NCBI RefSeq assembly: GCF_009914755.1
Contig: NC_060940.1
Length of the DNA: 64,000 bases
Reading direction: 5' to 3' (one strand)
From: the human T2T-CHM13v2.0 reference genome, Homo sapiens
The first letter of the stretch is position 1, and each line of letters opens with the position of its first letter. Below are positions 29,131-43,466 of this stretch, piece after piece. The position numbers and the translations under genes are program-made. A model generated the notes under the pieces. It saw only the letters and a program-made list of their open reading frames with translations, searched no databases and was not told the origin of the DNA.

Positions 29131-31734
29131 TGTTCTCCTCCTCACTGTGCCGGCCAGTGGCTGGTTCTGTATGATTTACGGAGAGACCTCTGCCAGGTTC
29201 CTGCGTTGGAAGAATAGCTCCAATTGATGAAGTGGGCCTCTTTTCCTTTAAAGGCAGGACTTGCCAAAAGAGGAAAGAGTTCAGGCGACCTGTCAACTTT
29301 GATGCTCTTCCCGATTTTGTTTTTTTAAGTCATTACGATTTTGTTTAATGAATTGCAACAAACCATGAGCCTGTTGGACTTGGGGAGGAGGGAGGGAGAG
29401 GGGAAAGAACGAGGCTGTGAGAATCATCAGCACTGAGAATGATGGAGTGTATTTCTCCGCAACCAATTCCAATCCCCAAATCTGTGTTGTACTGGGGAGC
29501 TCTCCAACTAACAGAGGAAACGCAGTCACTGCCCGGCACCGTATTAATGATTTATACACCCCGCACCACTGCTTTTGTTCACTTGCGGGGCCTGGTCGTG
29601 TTCATAAAGGAATTTCAGGGAGTGGGGTCCTGCCTTGCCATGCTGTTTTGCTCAGTGCAGTGAAGACTGCTTCATAAATCAAAAGAATTTAGTGCTTTAC
29701 AACCTTCCTGAGCTCTGAGATGGTGTGCGCCTGTGTGCGGTTGTGTATGTGTGTGTGTTTAATCAGATTCACTTAGACACATTTTCATTGCCTTTCTATA
29801 AAGAATGAATGAAGAACGGGATGCGATCTGTCTTAGGTGTTTCAGGGCTGATTGGTTTGTTTCACAGTGGCATCACGGTCCTATTTGTTTCCCATTTGGT
29901 GTTTATGCTTTATGGTGTTGTCTGTGAAAATGGGCTGACACTCTTTTATTAGCATAAAGAGATTCAGATCACATTAGAATCCTCCGTCCTTCTATATCAT
30001 CAAAAACAACAGGCAGGGGAGAGGGCGAGTTGACTGTAAGCCGAATCACCATTTGTTCACGATAAGTCAACAGGAGCTTGATGTGATCTTTAAACAAAGG
30101 GGTTTTTGAGCCTTTTAAAAATGATTCTTTTTCAATTTTTCACTGAAAAAGAATGCTGCTTCGTTTTGAATGTTATCGAGGACATTTATTTTCCGGATTG
30201 GGAATTCTGGATGTAGGAAAGTTTCTTCTCTTGAGTAAGCCACAGAAAGCTCTAATTTTAACCTCCGCTTTTATTTTTTTCCTAATTGGAAGAAAACAAA
30301 TCATAACCTCATATATTTTATTTGGAGCCCTCAATCAATCTTTCAAGATACCAGCAGAGAAAAGCTCTATTTCTTTTTTTTTTTAATGAATTGCACTTGT
30401 ACTTGTGTTTTCTTAATTATGTCATGCATTTCATTTTGTGTGTGGTGATATTTCTTTCCCTATAGAACTGAGAACTGAAAACCAACAGAAGACAGAGTAG
30501 GAGTTTGAGGGGGTAAAACAGAATATTTAGAAAATTAGAATGATACTTTAAATATTCCAGTCAACAGTAATATTTTTGTCTATGATAAAATCTTGATTTT
30601 AGGAAATGCTCTTGAGTTAAAAAAGAAAGATACGTAAGGCTTTTAGGAAATAAACATGTCATTTTAGTAGAATTCTGAAGTGAATACATGAAGGAATAAA
30701 TGCAAAGACAAATGATTAAAGCCCTACTCTACCCTACCCCCCCCCCCATACTGGGGGCTTGAATTTCTTTTACAAATGTGAAAGTTTTAGCTATCTGGTT
30801 CTTATTAACATTTATGCTTATAAATTTTTTTAACTGTCCAGTATGCTTGTCAGTAATGATGAAATTGAAGCAAATATTCATTGTGGAAGATAGTCTTTTA
30901 TAGCCTTCCTGAAAAGTGGAGAACAGAATATATATATATATATATGGAACATTACACACACTTTTCATCATGGGACATATGATACAGCATTTTGGACTCG
31001 GAAAGCAGGTGTCCAGCAAATGCACTTTACATTTATATTGTACTGATTTTTGTATTTTTGTTTGTTCTCTATTATTTGAATTCGTGAGTGTCTCATTGTT
31101 TTTAATTATGTCTACATGGCACAAGACAGCAGTCAACATCTGCTCTATTGTTTACTTGGTTTACATATATCTTTGATGGGTTACTAAACAATCTATTTTT
31201 CAAACCCCAAACAGAAGAAACAAGCTGAACCCATATTACAGCATTTTGTAAAGACCCATTATGCAATTAGCACTTGGGATTTGTGCAAATCTGGTGATTC
31301 ACCCAAACAAACATCCCTTTATTCTGATAGTTCTTCCTGGCTTTGTGAGAAATATCAGTTTCCAAAAAAATAAAATCACATTTCCTCTTTAATCATGCAG
31401 CGTGCCAAGAAGATTATGTGTTTATATGAGGGATGGATCCTCCACTTTGTGTATCAGAGAAAGATCAACTTTTCAAAATAATGATGTCTTTAATTCAAGG
31501 CAGCAGTTACTATATTACATAAGACAACTATCTGCTTACACATAGCAGACTTTTGAGAGTTACATGGTACTATTGGAGAAGAGAAATGCTATGTTTTTAC
31601 CTGTTTGTATAATCTTCCTAACATTGCATGATCTGTTTACAGAAGCCATAGCTGGTCATCTCTTGCAAGGCATGTGAGGCCCAGAATGATTAAGTCACCT
31701 CAAATCTGATTATTTCTCTGAAGTCAATGGTTAA

Positions 31735-32240
31735 TAATTAATTTACTCACTCATTCATGCAGCACATCCTTATTTAGCCTCTGTCTCAGAGATTGGGTTG
31801 GTCATTGAAGGGATACAGACAAGGAAAGCAGGTCTGCTTTTCTTCATGGAGGTTACAAGTCTGTGGGAGAGAGACAGCCCATGAGCAAGTGATCATCACA
31901 TAACTGTGCCTTGCCAGGTGTGATAAATGCTCTGAAGGAAAAGAGTGGGAGTTGGATTCAGGGGTGAGGGAAGCTTTTTTGAAGAAGTGACATCAAAGCT
32001 GAGATGGAGTGGGAGGTAGGCAAGGAGGTGGGGTCAGGGTGGAAGAGAGGATTCACACTAAGGCATAGAGTGTGTGTAGTGCCTGTTGCTTGCCTAGGTG
32101 TCTTTAAGATGCTGGAAAAACAAAGGGACCAGGGAGCCAGTGAGAGAGGGGTAAAGAGACACATAAGGGCCAGAGACGACTGGAGTTTGGAAATCTTGAC
32201 CTAGAGTTGGATTTTTTGCCAAGACGAATGAAGAAGACAG

Positions 32241-32288
<48 letters not shown>

Positions 32289-32480
32289 ATAAGAGGGTTT
32301 AGGCAGGAGTTAAATGACCATATTTAGCCTTTTTACAAAGGCCAGTTTGGCTTTTCTGCAGAGAATAGAGGGAGACAAGATAGAAAGCTGAGGACGGGGG
32401 TGTCAAGTAGGAAGTCACTGCGATAATACTGGTGCAAGCTGATGGTCGCTTGGACTAGGAGTGGACAGAAAAGAAACGGC
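31735..32480 (-). mobile_element. L2 fragment with internal (CA)n at 32242-32288
   Basis: L2 antisense motifs (ctcactcattcatgc...gaagtgacatcaaagctgaga...tgatggtcgcttggactagg). Confidence 0.65.
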
Positions 32481-32704
32481 CAGGAGTAAAACGTTTTGAA
32501 AATCAAGCCTGAGATTCATCCCCGAAGCTGATGTTCAGCCAGAAGAGAAGAAATGCAACTCCCTGAAGTCAGACTTCGGCAGGCTTTGGTGAAGTCAGGT
32601 GGCACTGACCTGGGTGGTATGCAGCTTCATGGAAGTGAGTGACAGGCCAGTCTCAGCATATCTTAGGCCAAAGCTCCCAGAGCTCAGAATTTTTCATCTG
32701 AACT

Positions 32705-32795
32705 CTACCATCACCACCACTATCACCACTGTCACCAATCCAGTGCTATTATCACCACCACTATCACCATCGCCATTAGGACCATCACCATCACG
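32705..32795 (+). repeat. Degenerate (CAC/CAT)n
   Basis: Seen directly. Confidence 0.85.
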
Positions 32796-33234
32796 AAGCA
32801 ACTGGTCTCATGTATGAGTTGGTAGCAGTCACCAAAGACAAAGGCACTCACCAGCTTGGTAAGGTGCTCTGTAGCATCCCACTTCTAATATGGTGGGTGA
32901 GAAGTGGGGAGTCATTTTTATGAAATGTCTACTGAGCAGTACCTCCACCCGCTGCCTCCAGCCACAGGAGTACAGGAGTGAAGTGCATTCACGGGAATGT
33001 GAAACAGAACTGACTTTGAGTCTGAAACAAATTACAAATCTTATGGGCCTCCAACTAGCTCTATGGGCATGTTTCTCGACTTCTCTGCAGTTTCATTTCT
33101 ACATTTACGAAGTAGAGGTAACAGCAAGACCACAAAGACATAGCATTGTTAGGAGTATGGCACGAGCTAGTTTGTATACTACCCCAGTACAGTACCCAGC
33201 AAACAGAAGGAGCTCAATACATACTTCTACTTTT

Positions 33235-33680
33235 GATGCTGGAGGTGATGGTGGTGATGGTGGTGGTGATAGTGGTGGTGACTGTGGTGGTGACGGTAGC
33301 GATGATGGTGATGATGTGAAAATGGTGGTGGTGGTGATTGTGAATGGTGACGGTGGTAGTAGTGGTGATGAAGGTGATGGTGGTAGTGCTGGTGGTAGTG
33401 ACGGTGCTGATGGTGATGTAGTGGTGATAATGGTGGTAATGGTAGTGACGGTGGTAATGATGGTGATGGTGATAGTGATGGTGTTGATAGTGGTGTTGGT
33501 GGTGATGGCCATGGTAATGGAGTTGGGATAGTGGTGATGGCAGTGATGGTGGATGGTAGTGTTGGTGATAGTAATGGTGGTAGTGCTGGTGGTGCTGGTG
33601 GCTCTGGTGGTGGTAGTGACAGTGCTGATGGTGGTAGTTGCAGTGGTGGTGGTGGTGGTGATGATGTTTGGTGATGAGAG
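33235..33680 (+). repeat. Degenerate (GGT/GAT)n trinucleotide repeat
   Basis: Seen directly; the source of the 213/135/163-aa low-complexity ORFs. Confidence 0.95.
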
Positions 33681-33699
33681 TGATTCTGGTTAGATGCAG

Positions 33700-33950
33700 C
33701 GTGGTAGAATAGTTTCACACATAAGTACCTGGCTTCAGATTTGGTTCAAGTCTACCACTTACCACCTTTGCACCGTTGGGCAAATTATTTAACCTTTCTT
33801 TGTTTTAATTGTCTCATCTGTGAGATGGGGATGGTGATATTCATTGTCATTATGAAGACTAAATTATTTAATGTTTGTTAAAATCAGAATAGCGTTCCTA
33901 TAAACAAACTCTTAGACATAGAGAACGTTTGTTAAATAAAGTGTCAGTGC
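33700..33950 (+). mobile_element. MIR
   Basis: ttgggcaaattatttaacctttc...ctcatctgtgagatgggg. Confidence 0.7.
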
Positions 33951-35039
33951 AGAATACAGCTTTTAACAAAAAGGTACCTAGTGGCTTCTGGACTTCTGCT
34001 ATATTCTTGATTTTGCTTTTTATAGCAGGCTGAAAAGGCTGTCTTTGCCTTCTCTCAACCGCCAGACCCACCCCCCATCTCTCCATGTGTTCTGCGTAGA
34101 ACAGGTGTGTGGTGAGCCGAAGTTCTGGCAGAGCGCAACATGAAAAAGACTCCCAGTAATTATAAAAATAACAACGAAGGCTGCTTAGCGAGGTAGGCAG
34201 ATGAGCACACCACTAGCCAGAATGATAAATAGCGCCTGCAAATGTTAGGTCCCAGTGGGAGTATGGGAACATATGGGATGAACCACACTAAAAGTTGGGC
34301 ATCATTGGTAAGTTTTAGATGGTTAAGGCAGGCTAACTCCAGTGCCAATTTTTTTCTTCTTTCTTTGTTTTTTTATCCTAATTTTAAATCCTTCAGTTCC
34401 CTTTTGTCCCTTTGTTCTATTTTGGTCCTAAAAGAAGCATTCATCTTTGAGGCCAGCCAGGGAATCTCCAAGGAAGTGAGGTCTGTGCCGTAATCCTAAA
34501 AACAAATGGCCACCCTGGAGTCTGTGAATTTCCACGTTGAGCTCTATTCAATATTGTTGGGGGAGATGTAAATGAATGTGGTAAATATTTAATGGAATGC
34601 TGACATGTTGAGTCCAGACCTATGATAGGTGGGCGTGTAGAAAAATTAGTGCCTAACCAGCTCAATAAGTTTACAAGCATTTGTAGAAGAGGCAAACAAT
34701 TCTTGTCTGCCAAACATTATTTAAAAAGAAGACGTGGAGGGTGGTAGGTTGATTTCAGGTCAGTGTTTGTATGTCTGGGTCTGAATATAGTTTGGAGACT
34801 GTACAATCTGTTTGGCATGGCTCTGCAGCAGTGGGATTTCTCTGGAAGGATATTTTGGAATTCTTGTTCACCACCCACCATGCTTTTCCTGGGCCTCAGA
34901 AGAGATTTCAGCATCGAGGCGAGATTTAGAATGTGGGCACCTGAGTGTTGGTGCCAGCTCCTTAGTAGATTTCCAGGGTTCCTTACTTAGCAATTACATC
35001 AACATCCTTGGTCATGTGAAGCAGGCAGAGGAAAGGAAG

Positions 35040-35260
35040 TAGGATTTGGGATCGGGCAGGTGTGGCTTTGACTGCCGGCCCTCCCTGCTCAAGTTGCCAT
35101 GAATGATGTAAGGCCTCTGAGTTCTAATATCCTCATTTGTAGAATGGGGCTATTATGAGTACCAATACCATGGACTTGTTAAAAGACTGGATGAGTCAAA
35201 GTGTTGGAGTGCTTAGAATTGTGTTTGGCACATAGTGAGACCTAGGAAAGGGTTTGTTAA
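35040..35260 (+). mobile_element. MIR
   Basis: cctcatttgtagaatgggg...ttggcacatagtga. Confidence 0.6.
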
Positions 35261-35364
35261 AAAATTAAGCAGAACATATCTTCTAGGACTGCCTTTTATG
35301 CAAGTGTACGTGTATGTATGCATTAATCTGTTTTTTTGAAAGTTACCTTTTCTTAAAAAAATTA

Positions 35365-35814
35365 ATTTTATTGTAAGTTGCAGGATACATGTGCAGGATG
35401 TGCAGGTTTATCACATAGGTAAACGTGTGCCATGGTGGTTGTCTGCACCCATCAACCCATCAGCTAGGTATTAAGCCCCATGTTCATCAGCTATTTATCC
35501 TGATGCTCTCCCTTCCCCCACCACCCCCTACAGGCCCCAGTGTGTGTTGTTTCCCTCCCTGTATCCATGTGTTCTCATTGTTCAGCTCCCACTTGTGAGT
35601 GAGAACATGGAGTGTCTGGTTTTCTGTTCTTGTGTTAGTTTACTCAGGTTAATGGCTTCCAGCTCCATCCATGTCCCTGCAAAAGACATGATCTCATCCT
35701 TTTTTATGGCTGCATAGTATTCCATGGTGGGTATGTACCACATTTTCTTTATCCAGTCTATCTTTGATGGGCATTTGTGTTGATTCCATGTCTTTGCTAT
35801 TGTGATTAGTGCTG
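35365..35814 (-). mobile_element. 5'-truncated L1PA (older primate subfamily) 3' end
   Basis: L1 3' UTR (gatacatgtgcaggatgtgcagg...). The minus-strand ORF KKMWYIPTMEYYAAIKKDEIMSFAGTWMELE is the ORF2p C-terminal region. Confidence 0.92.
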
Positions 35815-36337
35815 TATGCACTAATCTTACAACCACTTTTGTACTAGTCCAGAATCTATTAGTTTTAATGGACAGCTACCCAAATCAAACTTGCTTAAGC
35901 AAAAATGGGGATTTGTTGATTCATGAAACTGGGATAATTGAAGGTCAGTCGGTAGTAAGTGAATCATCATTTAAACGCTCAGCACTCTAATTGAGATATA
36001 AACAGATGTGATTGTAAGAAACACCATGAATAAAGCTCAAACACTTACAAATGGGTGCAAGCCCAAAGAATATTTTAAGTATGTGGTTATATTACTTAGA
36101 GCAACCGCACAACAACCCTGTAAGGGGAGTGTTATTGCCCCAAATTTATAAGGGAATTAATTGAGGTTCAGAAAGTTTAAGTAACTTGCCCAGGGAAAAA
36201 CAGCCAGGGATTTTCAGAGCCCAAATTTGGACCCAAACTTCTTATGGCTTCAATAGCTGAGTTCCTGATCAATATGATACATTGCTATTACGATAAAAAT
36301 AAGTACTTTTTATTAGTAAACTGGAGACCAGAGAAAT

Positions 36338-36363
36338 TATCTATCTATCTGTCTATCTATACG

Positions 36364-36428
<65 letters not shown>

Positions 36429-36742
36429 TTATACTTATATTGTTTGTTTTTTGAGACGGCGAGATGGTGTTTTGCTCTGCTGCCCAGGCTGGAGTGCAGT
36501 GGTGCGATCTCATCTCACTGCAACCTCTGGCTCCTGGGTTAAAGCGATTGTCCTGCATCAGCCTCCTAAGTAGCTGGGATTACAGGTGTGTGCCACCATA
36601 CCCGGCTAATTTTTTGTGTTTTTTATAGAGACAGGCTTTCACCATGTTGGTCAGGCTGTTCTTGAACTCCTGACCTCAAGTGATACACCCTCCTCGGCCT
36701 CCCAAAGTGCTGGGATTACAGGTGTGAGCCACCATACCTGTC
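36338..36742 (-). mobile_element. AluS whose tail region carries (CTAT)n/(TATACA)n microsatellites
   Basis: Alu body at about 36440-36742; TSD ccagagaaat at 36328-36337 and 36743-36752 encloses the microsatellite. Confidence 0.88.
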
Positions 36743-36789
36743 CCAGAGAAATATATTTTCAAAAAACAAACAAACATGAAATACGTGGA

Positions 36790-37000
36790 AAGGCAGCATA
36801 ACATGGGATTATGTATGGGGCCAGATTTACCCTTCACAAGCTGTGTGATTTTGGGCAAGTTACTTGACCACTCTGTGTCTTGTTTTCCTCACAGTAATAT
36901 GAAGATAGTCATAGGATTTACCTTATAGGATAGTTGTGAAGATTAAGTGAGTTAATATACAAAGGAGTTAGAAGATGTTTGGCAAATAATAAATGGCATA
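36790..37000 (+). mobile_element. MIR
   Basis: agctgtgtgattttgggcaagttacttgaccactctgtgtct. Confidence 0.75.
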
Positions 37001-38440
37001 TATAGTTTATTTTAAAATATTTTAAAATAGATTGTCATGTAAGAGCCAGAAAGGAAATGAGGTCACTCAGAGTGGTTCCTCTTTTGATGTCCCCAGGGTG
37101 TCCCACAAGGACACTGCTAATCTGGGGAGTTGAAAATCCCACCTGTCAGAGGCTCTCTGTTGCCACCAGCTGCCTGGCCATGACATCGCAGAGAGACCAT
37201 CTTGCAGCAGTCAGCCCCTTGGCTAATCCTCTCCAATGAGAGGTTCAGCTGCACAGCTTGGCACAGCTTGGTTCTGGGTCCCTCACATCTCTGTCTTGTC
37301 TGCAAAACTAGGCTGTATAGTCTCTGAAAACACAGTTTTATCTGCTACCTCCTTTTCTCCTCCAGTGCTGTATTTGGTGGGTTCCCAGTGATGGCTAATA
37401 CCCATTCATTGGTCTGATAACATATTTTTTCCCCTGGTCTGAAGCTGGAGAAAAAAGCTTCAGCAGAGAGAAGCCATCTCCTGTTCTGAGATGACTGCTA
37501 GTTATCGGACAAGGGAATGAAAGATGTGTTTTGCACTTCTTAAGCACAGACTTGCTTTTACAATATGGGGTGCCTTAGCACCTGCCCCATGTTGTTTGAC
37601 CTTCTTGCCACCTTGAAAACCTGCCCCCTGCCAAGCTGTGGTGAATGCTGACTGGCAGGTTCATAGCGTCAAAGTCACAGTGCTAGTAAACACGTCAACG
37701 TGATTTCACGTGAAAACAGCCATCCAAGCTGTTAATATGAGCCCGCCTTAAGGGATTTTGACTTTGCGCATGCCTGCCCTTAGTAGAAAGTACAGCACAT
37801 CTTGCTACCTACTTGGAAATCTGATGGACAGTCAGAAGCTCCTCTGGAGTCCTTTGGTGAATTTCACAAGAGCCATCAACTCTCTACAATGATGGGGAAT
37901 ATTTGGGGAGTTACATGCGCAGTTTTCTGGGATGAGGGCACAATTCAGAGTGGTCCAATTTCAGAGTGGTTCATGCCTCAAAAATAAGATTGAGGAACCG
38001 CAGTTTCACCCTTAGAAGAGGCTCAATGGTATGGGAAAAAGCCAAGGAGAAATCAGCCCTTGAGGTGGAGATGATGCCTCAGCTTCACAAAGAAAGGGCA
38101 ACCTAATAATCTCTTTATCTGTCCTCCTCCTGCGTTCCTTCCCCTTCTGTTTTCTCCTCCAGTGGTTATTCTTTCCTGGTGTTCCCTGGTGATTAGCCCA
38201 TTTCCATGTACCTCTGACTTTCTCTTGCTTGGGAGGCATTTCCCCACTTCCTGAAGACTCAGTGGTGGGTGGTGTAGGTCAGCTCTTCTCCAGCCATCAA
38301 AGTCTTCTCCTCCTCTCTCTGCTCTTTGGATTTGTATTCCTTTACCTCTAAGGACTGTTGGGATGGTTGAGATTGACTAAGGGGTGGAGAGTAAAGGAGA
38401 TGAAGAAACCACTCAGATTGAGTTAAAATGTCCAAGCTAA

Positions 38441-38766
<326 letters not shown>

Positions 38767-39184
38767 TCAGAGTATATTAATCCATATCGCATTCAAAAAA
38801 AAGAAAGCCTTCTTATAGTATTGAGCACAAGGGAGTTTTGTAGTTTTGTAGCCTCTCAGTTCATGGGGATAGCTCTGTGTTTGACTAACTCTACGGCCTT
38901 GGCCAATTCACTTCCCCTCTCATGGTCTCAGTGTTCTTGTTACTAATGTACTAGATGGAACAGACTCTACTTCATAGGAATGAAGAGGGGATAAACTGAG
39001 ATAACAGATACAATGAAATGAGTACTGTGTCTGGCACATAGTAAGCATTGAATAAGTGGTAGTGACTCTGTTAGTGATGATGAAGAAGATGAAGATGTAG
39101 GAGGAAGGAATGAAGAAGAGAAGAAGCCAAAAGCCTAGCACAGGTCTGATACATAATTCTCAAAAAGCAGATAATCCAATAGAT

Positions 39185-39255
39185 AGCAAAATGAATGATG
39201 AGTGGATGGGTGGGTAGACGGATGGGTGGATGATGAGTGGGTGGATGGATGGATG
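39185..39255 (+). repeat. (GGAT/GGGT)n simple repeat
   Basis: Seen directly. Confidence 0.85.
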
Positions 39256-39313
39256 GTGTGTTGGTCATCAAATCAGTTTTGGAAAGTCTGGATCAAACAA
39301 GATCCAGCAGTTT

Positions 39314-39344
<31 letters not shown>

Positions 39345-40459
39345 CTTTACAGGACTTCTCAGGTGCTTTTATATGCTAATAGTCATCATGAATTCCCAAG
39401 AGGAAGACAGGGCAAGCTGAATTTCTCCAACTCATTTGTCCGTGGTGTCCTTTTTACAATGAGCCATCTGATGAGCCTTCTATCCATGCAAAGTATGCCT
39501 TGCAAGATGCCAGTCCAGCACACTTAGCTTCTAAAGAGAAAATAATAGGCAGAAAGCTCAGGTGGTTCAGCCAGTTCAGCAACTGAATGGAATTAGTACA
39601 AAAATCCTCATTTACCAGTCCTGGAGACCTGTGCTGTTAGGAGTGGCCTCTGTGTCCAGCTCCTGTAGGGTCCTGGAGCACAGAAGGCAGAAGATGTAGA
39701 GAGTGCACAAAGAAAAGTCCAGCGGAGTAGCTGCATCCTCCCCCCTTCTGAGAGGCCTCAGGGGGTATTTGTTTGCCTCAAGCAAGGTCAACAAATTCTC
39801 AAACCCAGTTGTCATTCATCCCCAGACAGGTCAGAGGTCGGTTCCTGAGGCATTGTTGATCTCAGCAGAGATGATGTGCAGGGTTGATATTCTTAGATTT
39901 GCTCATTCAGCCAGTCAGTCTGGCTTTCAGAGGAGAATCAGGTCAGGAAGCGCTTAATGAACCAAGAGGAGCATGGTGCTGGCTGAACCACTGGGGGTTT
40001 GAGTTTGTAATGACTATCAGCAGGCTCCTCACTTACAAAACCTACTGGAATTTTCTTTGTGCATCTCCATAACCATTTTTAGAGATGTGGTTAGTACTGC
40101 TGGTTAGAGTAACCCAGGGTCCTGGATTCTTTAAGTTACTTCTGATTTAAAGGTACCATCTTCATCATCCCTAAAAACCATAAATTGAACTTGATATCCT
40201 TTTTACTGTTTTGGTTTCAAAAATTGCATTTTCCATTTACAGAAGCCATATACCTATCCTTTGTTAATTCCTGGGTCTTAGTTTTTTGTTTGGGACATAG
40301 AAGAAGGAGGTAAGCTCTTCAACAAGAAGGCACTTCACAAGTTGCATTTGTTAGCACGCTTTCATTTGAGCAATTAGCGGTTGAAGGGAGGAAGAGTTTT
40401 GATATCCCTGGCTTGATCCTCCAACCAGCTGCTAATTCTGTTGTCACTATGACAACTAT

Positions 40460-40710
40460 CAACAGCCATTTACTGAGTGTTTGCTATGAGCCTCTGAGCT
40501 AAACACTGCAGTATACTGTACTTATTTAAATCTCTGGACCACTCCATGTGTTATGGCTACTCGTGATATTCTTATTTCGCAGATAATAAATCTGAGGCAC
40601 AGAGAGGTTAAGTGATGTGCACGGGAACACACAGCTGATAACTGGTAGGAACTGGGCTTTTAATGTGGTCTATGTGGTTTAATGTGAGCTCTTAACTACT
40701 ATACTATGGT
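40460..40710 (-). mobile_element. MIR
   Basis: tctgaggcacagagaggttaagtgatgtgc...acacagct. Confidence 0.75.
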
Positions 40711-43381
40711 GCTTGCAACAAGGGAGCCAGGCATGGTAAGAAGTTGCCAGGAGGTGAGAGAATGTAATGCCACAAGAATAACATATGCTTAGTACATACT
40801 TGTCATTCTCATAAGAACTTCCCATGGAACGGCTCATTTGCATACACTAACTGAAAGCAGTCTCTAAGTGGGGAGATGTGACTTCTCTTCTCCGGGTGTC
40901 TTTTTTTGCTAGATTAGTCCTCCACTGAGATTTCCAATGGGGGTGGTTGTAATCTGGAGAGAGGTTGGTTGATGGTCTGGTGTATCCTGTCCACAGTCTA
41001 TGGAAGCTTTTCCTATATTCCCATCTTGATAATTTGATGCGGTTGTGACTTGGGTGTCACATTGACAACCCTTTTGTAGCCATCCTCTCCTTCACTGGGA
41101 ATTCATTTGTTAGTCCTTGGTATTCTAAATATTATGTAGCATCTCAGGGAATTTTTCTTGCGGTCCATGCTAGGTAATGCTTTTCCATGTTCTCTTCTCA
41201 CCTACGCTGGATGGAGTTTGAGTGCATGTCTGGCAGTGAGTGTCATTTCTCAGTTCTGGTTCAAGCTGATACCCTAGTGTCATCATTCTTGATGACTCAG
41301 CAGGTATTACAGGCATGTAGGGAAACCTGACTCTTGGTAACTGACCAGGCACACATTCTGTTGTTTAACCTTGGACAAGTCACTTGGACTCCCTGCGCCT
41401 CTGTCTCATCCCACAGGTAACAGATCATTCTCAAATACTTATTGAGCAACTACTCTGTGCCCAGTCCTGGGTGAATGGCAGGCAAACACAGGGATTGAGG
41501 AGGTGGTGGAGGGGATAGAATGGAAGCACACCTGTGTGATAATGCCAGCTAGGCCTTTACCATCCCAGGGCAAATCACTGCTGATGTTTCAGAATCTCAG
41601 CCCCATAGATCACGAGTGCTGGGATTGGAGCAGGAGGTAGTGCTGGGAAGACCTGGCATATGACTGCTTGTGGAAGGATGGGATGTATATATAAGCAGTT
41701 TTACTGGGGGGATAATAGAATGGAAGCTCGAACAGCAACATCTGTATGGGGTGTTGGTGGGGCACTGAAGACAGACAGAGCTGCCATGATGAGCAGAGAG
41801 ATGAAAAAACAATTTTGAATGGGTGCATTGAAAACATTCTGAAGAATGAATTAAAATTAACTAGCACTTTCTGGATGCCTTCCAAGCACCAGGAACACCC
41901 ACCTTCAGCATGTCATTTCACTGCTGTAATGCATTTATGAGAGGGTACAGGTGTTTTGTACCATCTTAGCCCTGATGGGAGTAGGGCTCAAGGATGAGTA
42001 TATCGTCCTTAATCAGAAACATAAAAGGGCGACAGAGCCCAGATCCCCCAGATCCAAACCCAGCCTCTCCAACTTTGAAACGCAGGCTTTTCCTACTGTT
42101 GTGATGCCCTCAGGTCACTTGTGATGACCTTGGAAACATAGGTAGCTCTCAGTGGTCTGGGGGCCCCTGGCAGCCCCTCCACCTTCCTCACACTTTTTCA
42201 GTCAGTCATTTCTGGAAGGATTTGGGAAAACTTCATTTGCTAGTGGACATTTTAGTCATTGGGTGAGCAAGAAGAAATGGCATACTTCCTTATTTGAGCC
42301 AATCTGCCTTCTCAAAAGTGTGATCACTATTAAAAGAGTCATGATATGGTGTGGGCAGTCTCTGAACCAAACACAATGCTGAAATGACTTTCGGACAAAG
42401 GTGATGGTGCACTTAGTTCTGTCTTGGGTGGCAGGGACAACTTTGCAGAAGCTGTCATGGAACATTTGACTTAGGCCAACAAGATTGATCTAAAAGGAAG
42501 AAAGGAAGAGAGGAAGGAAGGGTATTTCTGCATAGCAGGCAAGTTTAAATGGAAAAGTGGATTCACAGAGGTATTTGGCAAAGATAATTTGCCAGTGTGG
42601 TTTGAAGAAAAGAGTGATCTGTAGAAAAACGGAAAATTTGTATCGGAGGATGAATTTGGACAGGGTAAAGTGAGGAATATTATGAAGGGCCTCAGATGCT
42701 GTAGGAAATTTTCCATTACCCACTTTTGTCTGGAAACAAAGTGAGTGATTGTGTGAGTAATTACATAATCTGCACAAATCTGTATTTTGAAATAAACATT
42801 GTCAATATCCAAAAGATAAGAAATGTGATGATAGGATCAGGGAAACACTCTGTTTTATGCATTTTGTTTTGTTCTGTTTTGATAGTCAACAAATGGCAAC
42901 TGACAGCTTCTTTTTAGATAGCTTTTTAGAAAGCAAAGAATGGTTGGGTTGATCCTACAGTGAGCTCCTGACCTGTGGGAGAGGCAGCTTTTTCGCAGAT
43001 ATGATTATTGGTACAAAGAAATGTGGCTCAACATGCCTAGATCTTCCAGTGTTTCAAGAGATAGCATAAATCTAGATTTTATATGAGATGCCCCCATTAA
43101 ACAGTATTACCTTTTTTTTTTTACACTGTGCAGACAAATCATTATCATGATCATCATCATCCCCTTCTGTGGACTGGACTTGGTCCCCACGGCTGCAGGT
43201 TGCGATGTTGACCGACAGAATCCATGAGGCAGGAGTTGGTCTTCTCTAGATACCCCCTGTCTCTCATCTTCCAGACACAGCCAACACTTCTGTTTCTTCC
43301 TTCTCTTTCATTGACGTCTAAACTTTGAGAGGCTACCACTCAGAAGGGCCAGTCACTTATGTTGGCTCTCTTTGTTAGTCT

Positions 43382-43466
43382 GGTGTCAAACTCCTGGGCT
43401 CAAGTGATCCTGCTGCCTCAGCCTCCAGAGTGGCGGAGACTCAGGTGTGCACCACTGTGCCCAGCT
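43382..43466 (-). mobile_element. Alu monomer (FLAM/AluJ-like) fragment
   Basis: aaactcctgggctcaagtgatcctgctgcctcagcctcc...ccactgtgcccagc. Confidence 0.75.

Noticed and set aside
32890-33718. 213-, 135- and 163-aa ORFs
   Set aside because: Produced by a stop-free (GGT/GAT)n repeat; low-complexity translations.
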